From contig JBBIGR010000075.1 in assembly GCA_037447435.1 (NCBI GenBank), forward strand, positions 1-12,052: a stretch of DNA of 12,052 bases. The letters are read 5' to 3'. This document shows, piece after piece, positions 1 to 6,747 of this stretch. This DNA comes from Fibrobacteria bacterium. GTDB taxonomy: Bacteria; Fibrobacterota; Chitinivibrionia; Chitinivibrionales; FEN-1185. The notes under the pieces are model-generated. The model was not told the DNA's origin and searched no databases. It was given only the letters and a program-made list of their open reading frames with translations. The position numbers and the translations under genes were made by a program. The number at the start of each line of letters is the position of its first letter. The first letter of the stretch is position 1.

Positions 1-34
1 AAAATACTAAAACACAATATATTGGGGTTACCCA

Positions 35-100
35 TTAAATCACGCGATGCGGCAAGACATTAATACCAAATCCAATTATAAGCTTTTTTGAAATAGTCAT
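35..100 (-). pseudogene. Probable remnant of a second MCP-like membrane protein gene (21 aa, [21 protein letters not shown])
   Basis: ATG at 100, 20 nt after the mcp stop, with SD-like AAGGA 7 nt upstream. The first 13 residues fit the typical MCP N-terminal pattern leading into TM1 (compare [10 protein letters not shown] in the adjacent MCP). Hydrophobicity is then lost and TAA occurs at 37-35. Confidence 0.5.
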
Positions 101-120
101 AACCGATTCCTTTTTTTAAA

Positions 121-1803
121 TTACACTTTGAATTGTCCGACGATTTTTTGCAGACCGATTGCCAATTTTGCAAGTTCTTGGCTACTTTGTTTGATGTTTT
201 GCACTCCCGTAGCGGTATCACTTGCGGCCTTGCTTACACCAAGGATATTGCTTGAAACTTCGGAAAGGCCACGGGCCGATTCCCCTACATTGCGAGAAAT
301 TTCGGTAGCGGCGCTGCTTGCACCGCCGACGTTCTTGGCAATTTCGTTGATTGTTGCGCTTTGCTCCTCTACCGCGCTTACAATCGTATGCGATATTTCA
401 TTTATTTCTTCGATGATTTTTGTAATATCTTCTATAGCCTTTACCACAGTTGTCGTATTGTTTTGCATATCTTCGATTTGGCTGCTTATTTGTTCCGTTG
501 CCTGCGCGGTTTGTTTGGCAAGTTCTTTTACCTCGTTTGCGACAACGGCAAATCCTTTTCCCGCCTCACCCGCACTTGCCGCTTCGATTGTAGCGTTAAG
601 CGCCAGTAAATTCGTTTGATCGGCGATGTCGTTGATGACTTCTATCACTTTGCCGATTTCCTTGGAAGAAACCCCGAGGCGTTCCATTTCTTCACGGGTC
701 GATTTTGCCTGATTATTCGCATTTGTGGCTATTTGAGATTCTTTTATACAGTTTTTCGCCACTTCGTTGAGTGATGAGCTCATTTCTTCTATTGCGGTAG
801 CCACCGTATTGACACCGGAAGACATTTGCTCGGCAGCGGCGGAAATATTATTCACATTTGCGACAGATTGTTCGGTCGCGGAAGAAACAGTATTTGACTG
901 AGAAGTCATTTCCTCGGCGCTTGCCGCGATTTCATTTGATACAGCAGACAATTCTTCGGAGGCAGAGGCAACATTTGTTGAACTGCTTGAAATTTCTTTA
1001 AATTTGTCTTTTAAATTTTCCGCCATATTGTTCAGCGAATTAGCAAGCTGTCCCATTTCATCTTTTTGCTCAATGTCAAGTTTCTGGGTCAAATCCCCAT
1101 TGGCCATAGCATTGGCAAAACCAACACCCAATGATAGCGGTTTGATGATACTGCGTGTGATGATAATGCCGAGAAGCAAACTTAACAAACCAGATATTGT
1201 ACTTATAATAATGAAAATCAGTTTTGAAAGTGACGCATTCGCTTTTGCCTGTTTAAATCTGAAATCGATTCTTTCCTGATTATATTTGACAAGCTCGTCC
1301 CCCGACGCATCGGTTAGTTTTGCGTATTTTCCCAAAACGTCTTTTACATAGAGAGCCGCAGCCTCGGTTTGATTACCAGACGTTGCCAAATCAATTACTT
1401 TATTGTTTAGCACTTTTGCATCAGCGATGAGCGTTTTGAAATTATTGATTTTCGCTTTACCCTCATCGTTGACTTCGAGTTTATCCAGGCGTTCTATGGA
1501 AGCCTCGTAGTCGCTTCGGCTGTTTTCGATTTGAGTTTTATATTGTTTATTCTGCTCTTGATCCTTTGTTAGAGCTAAACCGCCGATCGCCAGGAATATA
1601 TTGTCGATACACCCCGTGATATCGTAAGAATTTTTGATTTTTGGAACATTGACTGTTGCGATGCGGTCGAGCTGTCCGGTTGTATTTGTTAATAGTATAT
1701 AACCAACAATTGTTTGAATGAGAAGTAAGACAAAAAGGATTATGAATGCAATAGTGAGACGTGTGCCAATTTTAATATTTCCGATCGAGGATCCTTTACC
1801 CAT
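121..1803 (-). CDS. Methyl-accepting chemotaxis protein (TM1, four-helix-bundle-type periplasmic domain, TM2, HAMP, signalling domain of about 42 heptads)
   Basis: 560-aa ORF with two hydrophobic segments, a HAMP motif (SIIKPL...GDLT...DEMGQLA), the signalling tip [37 protein letters not shown] and EE/EQ methylation sites. SD AGGAGAGGT upstream. Confidence 0.97.
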   Translation of the reverse strand: MGKGSSIGNIKIGTRLTIAFIILFVLLLIQTIVGYILLTNTTGQLDRIATVNVPKIKNSYDITGCIDNIFLAIGGLALTKDQEQNKQYKTQIENSRSDYEASIERLDKLEVNDEGKAKINNFKTLIADAKVLNNKVIDLATSGNQTEAAALYVKDVLGKYAKLTDASGDELVKYNQERIDFRFKQAKANASLSKLIFIIISTISGLLSLLLGIIITRSIIKPLSLGVGFANAMANGDLTQKLDIEQKDEMGQLANSLNNMAENLKDKFKEISSSSTNVASASEELSAVSNEIAASAEEMTSQSNTVSSATEQSVANVNNISAAAEQMSSGVNTVATAIEEMSSSLNEVAKNCIKESQIATNANNQAKSTREEMERLGVSSKEIGKVIEVINDIADQTNLLALNATIEAASAGEAGKGFAVVANEVKELAKQTAQATEQISSQIEDMQNNTTTVVKAIEDITKIIEEINEISHTIVSAVEEQSATINEIAKNVGGASSAATEISRNVGESARGLSEVSSNILGVSKAASDTATGVQNIKQSSQELAKLAIGLQKIVGQFKV

Positions 1804-1845
1804 AAAGCCACCTCTCCTCTAAACTGTTGATCAAAATGTATTGAC

Positions 1846-2328
1846 TCATTCTTCTATCTTCAATAATTCGGCAACTTTCAGAATAACCAATAACTCCTTA
1901 TCTAACTTTGCAACACCGCTGAAAAATTCTCCTTCCACTTCGCCGATATTTGCCGGAGGAGACTCTATTTCTTTTTCGTCTATAGTTACCATATCTCCAA
2001 TATCGTCGACGTAGAGGGCAACCAGATCGCGGGCGGTATCTTCAAGAGTCGGATCTTCGCTCCGTTTTTGAGAAAGCTCTTCAGAAGTTTTAAGAACAAT
2101 GCAGCGGCCATCTTTTCTATCATCATCCTTATCAACCAGTCCAATCCGAACACCGAGGTCTATCACCGTAACAATTTGTCCACGCAAGTTCAGAAGTCCG
2201 CGGACAAATTTCGGTGCGCGGTCTACGGGAGTAATTTCGATATTTCGATTGATTTCCCGGATTAGACGAATATCGATTCCAAAAAGATTCTCACCTATAT
2301 AAAACGATGCGAATTGCTTTGATGCCAT
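1846..2328 (-). CDS. cheW: Chemotaxis coupling protein CheW
   Basis: Motifs FGIDI..IREI, ITPV..APKFVRGLLNLRGQIVTVIDL, LYVDDIGD and IESPP. SD AAAGGAG 7 nt upstream. Lies between cheA and mcp. Confidence 0.96.
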   Translation of the reverse strand: MASKQFASFYIGENLFGIDIRLIREINRNIEITPVDRAPKFVRGLLNLRGQIVTVIDLGVRIGLVDKDDDRKDGRCIVLKTSEELSQKRSEDPTLEDTARDLVALYVDDIGDMVTIDEKEIESPPANIGEVEGEFFSGVAKLDKELLVILKVAELLKIEE

Positions 2329-2351
2329 GTTAAGGTCTCCTTTGTTTACTC

Positions 2352-2381
2352 AGCAATCCACCTGCGTCATCGGTGATTGCT
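2352..2381. other. Stem-loop in the cheA-cheW spacer
   Basis: AGCAAT-C-CACC / 9-nt loop / GGTG-ATTGCT: 10 bp with a 1-nt bulge, ending about 10 nt before the cheW SD on the mRNA. Confidence 0.55.
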
Positions 2382-2395
2382 ATTGCCGAGATTGA

Positions 2396-2418
2396 TATCT
2401 ACGCAAAAAACGTAGATA
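2396..2418. other. Perfect 8-bp stem-loop just after the cheA stop
   Basis: TATCTACG-CAAAAAA-CGTAGATA. No U-tract follows on the minus strand, so it is not a classic terminator. Confidence 0.6.
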
Positions 2419-2426
2419 ATTTATTT

Positions 2427-5339
2427 TTAGTCGCTAAACATTTCGGGTTCGGCCGATTTAAACACTGTTTTCATGTCAACGACGAGAGTCAATGCGGAAT
2501 TTATCATTGCGGAACCTAAAATCCCGTTCCCTCGTATATTGCTCGTATCGAGCAGAGCATCCGTTTTTACCACGTCTTTAACTTGATTTGCTATAATACC
2601 CATGATGTGATTGCTGCCCTTAGGGACAATGACGAAAGTATAATTCGAGGTTTCGGTTGCCGCGGAAACAGGCAAATAATCCGACAATTTCAAAAGCCGC
2701 ATCGATCGATCTTCATATTTAAGGAAATCCTTTCCTCCGATATTGACAATACGGGAAGTTTCCACTTTTTCCACACGTGCCACCATTGACAAATCGACGC
2801 CGAAATTGCCATTTTCACCAGCCTCGAACAGCAACAATTCCCGTAACTTTTTATTGCTGTCCTTAAGGAATTTTTCCTTTTCCGTTTCAATGTCTTTTTC
2901 CAAATCATTGAATTTGAGGTTCGAAAGTTGGGCAAGCCCGTTGGTGTCGAGAATCATGGCAACGGAGCCGTCTCCCATAATGGTTGATCCGGCATAGCAT
3001 TGACTTGACTTTAAATATCCGGACAACGGCTTTACAACAATTTCCTCGCTGTCGTACACTTCTTCAACAACCAAACCATAATGCTGATCTTGGTATTTTA
3101 GGACAACGATTTTGACCGCATTGGAAACGTTGCCACGTCGGTCGGGTCCTTTTCCGCGCCTATCATCACCAGGAATAACGCCTGCCGGAATTTTTTGTTC
3201 GTTTGATTGGCTTTCCTGGGGCTTGTCTTCTGCAAGTCCCCTTCGATCCGACCACCGTTTACGCTTGTCGACCATTCGAATGTTGCTTTCCGGATGAATA
3301 AACGTGGGAACCATGTCCAAAGCTATTTCCAACCTTACAAGCGGCAGTAACTTCCCCCTGAGGCGCATAACTTCGCAGTTTTTAAGCCGGTCGATGCGCT
3401 TGGTGACATCTTTTGCTCGGATACGGACAAGTTCATCGATACCTACTTGCGGAATAGCAAAACGTCTGCCGCCTGCCGACACGATTAGTGAGGATATAAT
3501 CGCGAGGGTCAACGGCAATTTCATCGTGATGATGGTGCCTTTTCCCGGTTCGCTTTCTATGTCGACCGTACCGCCTAAACGTTCTATATTTGTTTTTACG
3601 ACATCCATACCGACGCCTCGTCCCGAAACGTCGGACACGACGGCTGCTGTGGAAAATCCCGGGAGCATTATAATATTATCAATTTCACGATCGGTCATTT
3701 TTGCAAGATCGTCTACCGTAAACAGCCCTTTTTCAATCGCTTTTTCTTTGACTCGGTTTCTGTTTACACCTGCGCCGTCATCCTCTATTTGAATATGTAC
3801 TTTCCCACCTTCATGAAATGCGCGTAATACTACTTCGCCTTGAACCGGTTTCCCGGCTTTTTTCCTATCTTCTTGGCTCTCGACGCCGTGATCGACACTG
3901 TTTCGTATCAAATGGGTGAGGGGATCGGACAATTGTTCAACTATCGATTTATCAAGTTCAACATCCTGTCCAACAAGAGTCAAATTTATTTCTTTTCCGA
4001 GTTTTTTTGCCAAATCCCGGACCAAGCGTGGAAATTTCGCAAAAACGACCGAAATTGGTTGCAGCCGTGTTTGCATGATGCTTTCCTGGAGCAAACTTGT
4101 TACCATATCGATATTCTGCATGATACTATTCAGGCCCGGAACGTCCATAAGACGCATTGAAAGGCTTTGAGCAACGGTTTCCTTGAGCCGGGCGATTTCC
4201 TTGTCGGCGGTTTGATTGACAATTTCGTGTCCCTGGCGCGACGCCTCCTGCATATTTCTTGTCGATTGCATGAACTGCTGAGTCACATTTTTCAACAACG
4301 ATTCGGTTTCTACGGCTTCGGACAATTTTCGATTGACACTTTGCATAAGCTGATTTCGAGAAAGAACGAGCTCTCCTGCCAGATTCATTAAATTATTGAG
4401 TAAACCGACCTTTACACGTAAGGCATCCTCAATTTTATTATCTGCTTTTATCTGCGTTTTTGCCGCGGTCGAAGTTCCCTGTTCCTGCGATGAACTTATT
4501 TTTTGTGCCGCACTTTGCGCTGTTTGTTTTGCAGCAGCTTCCGATTTGATTTTGTCTCGTGTTTCCGTTAAGTCAATTGTAAATATTTGTTCTTCCGGAA
4601 TTCCCGTGCCAGCGCTTACCAAATCGGGTTCCAATACCGTTGAATATACGACTGAATACATAATTTCTTTATTGGAACTTCCCAATATTCCCGAAATGTT
4701 ATCGAAATCGAAAGAAACATCCATGACTTCACCGAATTTTTCCCAAGTTTCCAGTAACACGGACGGTGCAACATCCTTATTTGACAAATCCGTACGCGAA
4801 TTAAGCGTTATTTGGTAAAGATGCTTACCGTTCTTAACGGTTTCTATCATTTGTGTTTCTTGGATATCGGGATGCTTTTGATGTATGGAAGTCTCTATAT
4901 TATTTTCAGATGTTTTTTTATCGAAATCCTTAGTTTTTGTTTTTGCCTGCACCTGTTGATCTAAAAAAGGATTTAAGCCAGCAATTTCTGCCTCAATAGG
5001 AATAGACTCTGCATTTGCGACATCATCGAGTAGCGTTCTCAGCTTATCCACCCCCTTTAAAAGAGCATCGGTTACTTCCGGAGTGATAGCTAAATTTTTA
5101 TCACGAATTTTTGCCATTACATTTTCCATTGCATGCGACAGTTTTGTGATATGTTCAATACCAAAAAAGCCAAAACCGCCTTTAATACTATGCACAGCCC
5201 TGAAAACACGATTTATAAGCTCGCCTGAAATTGCGTCACCTTTTTGTTCCAGCTCCAAAAGATCAGGTTCAATCGCAGACAAGTGTTCACGCGATTCAAC
5301 AATAAGCTCATTGAGCATTTCCTGGTCTTGCATATTCAT
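2427..5339 (-). CDS. cheA: Chemotaxis histidine kinase CheA (Hpt, P2-like region, extended P3, HATPase, two CheW-like domains)
   Basis: Hpt motif FRAVHSIKGG; P3 LMNLAGELVLSRNQL...LQESIMQTRLQP; N box DPLTHLIRNSVDHG; G1 DDGAG; F/G2 PGFSTA..VSDVSGRGVGMDVVK; LPLTLAI; P5 EEIVVKPL..GSTIMGDG; second CheW-like domain ending ILGSAMINSALTLVVDM. Start overlaps the STAS stop (ATGA). Alternative start at 5333. Confidence 0.98.
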   Translation of the reverse strand: MNMQDQEMLNELIVESREHLSAIEPDLLELEQKGDAISGELINRVFRAVHSIKGGFGFFGIEHITKLSHAMENVMAKIRDKNLAITPEVTDALLKGVDKLRTLLDDVANAESIPIEAEIAGLNPFLDQQVQAKTKTKDFDKKTSENNIETSIHQKHPDIQETQMIETVKNGKHLYQITLNSRTDLSNKDVAPSVLLETWEKFGEVMDVSFDFDNISGILGSSNKEIMYSVVYSTVLEPDLVSAGTGIPEEQIFTIDLTETRDKIKSEAAAKQTAQSAAQKISSSQEQGTSTAAKTQIKADNKIEDALRVKVGLLNNLMNLAGELVLSRNQLMQSVNRKLSEAVETESLLKNVTQQFMQSTRNMQEASRQGHEIVNQTADKEIARLKETVAQSLSMRLMDVPGLNSIMQNIDMVTSLLQESIMQTRLQPISVVFAKFPRLVRDLAKKLGKEINLTLVGQDVELDKSIVEQLSDPLTHLIRNSVDHGVESQEDRKKAGKPVQGEVVLRAFHEGGKVHIQIEDDGAGVNRNRVKEKAIEKGLFTVDDLAKMTDREIDNIIMLPGFSTAAVVSDVSGRGVGMDVVKTNIERLGGTVDIESEPGKGTIITMKLPLTLAIISSLIVSAGGRRFAIPQVGIDELVRIRAKDVTKRIDRLKNCEVMRLRGKLLPLVRLEIALDMVPTFIHPESNIRMVDKRKRWSDRRGLAEDKPQESQSNEQKIPAGVIPGDDRRGKGPDRRGNVSNAVKIVVLKYQDQHYGLVVEEVYDSEEIVVKPLSGYLKSSQCYAGSTIMGDGSVAMILDTNGLAQLSNLKFNDLEKDIETEKEKFLKDSNKKLRELLLFEAGENGNFGVDLSMVARVEKVETSRIVNIGGKDFLKYEDRSMRLLKLSDYLPVSAATETSNYTFVIVPKGSNHIMGIIANQVKDVVKTDALLDTSNIRGNGILGSAMINSALTLVVDMKTVFKSAEPEMFSD

Positions 5340-5641
5340 ACAGCCGCCCTTTCACGGATTTCAATTACTTTTGTCAACTTAAACAATTTGAAGAACCGAT
5401 ATAAATCGGGACTTGCATCAATTGAAAATGCGCTGCCTTTGGTTTTACATTCCTTAAATAAACCGACACAAAGTGCCACACCGGGTGAATCGATGAGTTT
5501 GACTGCACTGAGGTCCAAAACAACAGGTTGGCCGATTATGCTTCTTGCCTCTTCCAAAAATTGTTTTTCCAAATCGAAAACAATTTTACCCACCATGTCT
5601 TTTTCAACGGTAATCCTGAATTCGTTTTCATTTTTCATCAT
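5336..5641 (-). CDS. STAS-domain (anti-sigma-factor antagonist-like) protein
   Basis: VVLDLSAVKLIDSPGVALCV matches the STAS LDLS.V..IDS.G motif, including the phosphorylatable Ser. Start placed at 5641 because GGAG lies 8 nt upstream. The ORF can extend to the ATG at 5674, which directly follows the cheY TAA. Confidence 0.88.
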   Translation of the reverse strand: MMKNENEFRITVEKDMVGKIVFDLEKQFLEEARSIIGQPVVLDLSAVKLIDSPGVALCVGLFKECKTKGSAFSIDASPDLYRFFKLFKLTKVIEIRERAAV

Positions 5642-5674
5642 ATAATTTTCTCCGTCTATCATACAGTATTTCAT

Positions 5675-6031
5675 TTATAATTTTAATTTTTCCTTAACAA
5701 TTTCCGGAGTAAACGGCTTAACTATATAATTATTCGCTCCTTCTTTAAGGGCCTCGACTACTTTACCTTTCTCGGATTCGGAAGTACACATCACCACCAT
5801 AACATTTTTTAATGTCGCATCTGCCCGAATTGCCTTTAAACATGTAAACCCATCCATGACCGGCATATTCCAATCGAGCATTACAATATCAATTGGCATA
5901 TTGTTACGTAATGTTGCAAGCCCTACTTCTCCATTTTCCGCCTCTAATACATCATTTACATTAAGTCCGGCAAGAAGCGTTTTTATAATTCGTCGCATTG
6001 TGTTTGAATCATCCACAACAAGAATTTTCAT
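5675..6031 (-). CDS. cheY: Single-domain response regulator, CheY-like
   Basis: MKILVVDDS, phosphoacceptor LDWNMPVMDG, conserved T (MCTSE), YIVKPFT. Start moved from 6088 to the ATG at 6031, which has SD AAGGGA upstream and avoids a 44-nt overlap with cheX. 118 aa. Confidence 0.93.
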   Translation of the reverse strand: MKILVVDDSNTMRRIIKTLLAGLNVNDVLEAENGEVGLATLRNNMPIDIVMLDWNMPVMDGFTCLKAIRADATLKNVMVVMCTSESEKGKVVEALKEGANNYIVKPFTPEIVKEKLKL

Positions 6032-6044
6032 AAATAAATCCCTT

Positions 6045-6506
6045 TCATTTTTCTGTTTTAAGTGATACTTCCATTGCAAAGATTCCAATCATACTTGTAA
6101 ATGGAACAACAATACACGGTGTTCCCGTTGGTGTAATAACAGAATGGTTTTTTCCGACCACAACGTTCGGCAATGAAATTGTCAGATTATATCCTGTAAG
6201 ATTTTGTTTTGCATGACCGGCGATAATATTTACAATTTCACCGATTCCATCGGTAATTTCCGGTCCAATTATTTTAATTTCCATTCCAATCATTGCTGAA
6301 ACAGACTTTAAAGCAACAATTTTGGGAAAACTGAGCGATATTGCCCCCTGAGCGCCTCCGGAAAGACCTATAATTCCCGAAACATCATGGGTTGGCTCGC
6401 CATTTACTTTTAAGGATGGTTTTCCCGGTTGAACATCAATTTTCATCATTGTCTTAAATGTTTCGATCGTCGATGATATAAATGGATTTACATATGCAAC
6501 ATCCAT
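6045..6506 (-). CDS. cheX: CheY-P phosphatase CheX
   Basis: MDVAYVNPFI N-terminus, SGIIGLSG, single catalytic E-x2-N motif (GIGEIVNIIAG) and ISLPNVVVG. ATG at 6506 with SD GGGAG 5 nt upstream. Confidence 0.93.
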   Translation of the reverse strand: MDVAYVNPFISSTIETFKTMMKIDVQPGKPSLKVNGEPTHDVSGIIGLSGGAQGAISLSFPKIVALKSVSAMIGMEIKIIGPEITDGIGEIVNIIAGHAKQNLTGYNLTISLPNVVVGKNHSVITPTGTPCIVVPFTSMIGIFAMEVSLKTEK

Positions 6507-6567
6507 AAACACTCCCGTTTTTTTTCAAAACTTTTTTCACTTACTCTTCCAATAATTCCTTTTGTGA

Positions 6568-6576
6568 ATTATATCA
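6568..6576 (-). promoter_or_regulatory. Putative extended -10 sigma70-type promoter for the che operon
   Basis: Perfect TGnTATAAT (TGATATAAT) on the minus strand about 60 nt upstream of cheX, in an AT-rich context. No recognisable -35. Confidence 0.5.
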
Positions 6577-6707
6577 TTATTGTTTTAAGGAAGTGTTATA
6601 AAAAATAAATTTCATTTTTTTGAAAACGGGGTCCGGAGGGGATAAATATGACGAGGGCAAAAAGGAACGGTAAATAAATAGGCACTTAATACTTTGTTCA
6701 AATGCGC

Positions 6708-6726
6708 GGGGTGGCGGCTCCGCCCC
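6708..6726. terminator. GC-rich hairpin downstream of the GH18 gene, possible terminator
   Basis: GGGGTGG-CGGCT-CCGCCCC, 21 nt beyond the GH18 stop. T-rich tail TCTATTT on the plus strand and only a weak tail on the minus strand. Confidence 0.45.
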
Positions 6727-6747
6727 TCTATTTCGCGAGTGTATTGT

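Noticed and set aside
128..6065. Many plus-strand ORFs opposite mcp, cheW, cheA, STAS and cheY (e.g. 128..619, 3304..3792, 4396..4818, 5244..5645)
   Set aside because: Antisense shadows of well-supported genes with Ser/Ile/Phe-rich mirror composition and no recognisable motifs.
6032..6088. 19-aa N-terminal extension of CheY as given by the ORF track
   Set aside because: It overlaps the cheX 3' end. The ATG at 6031 has an SD and gives the canonical MKILVVDD start.
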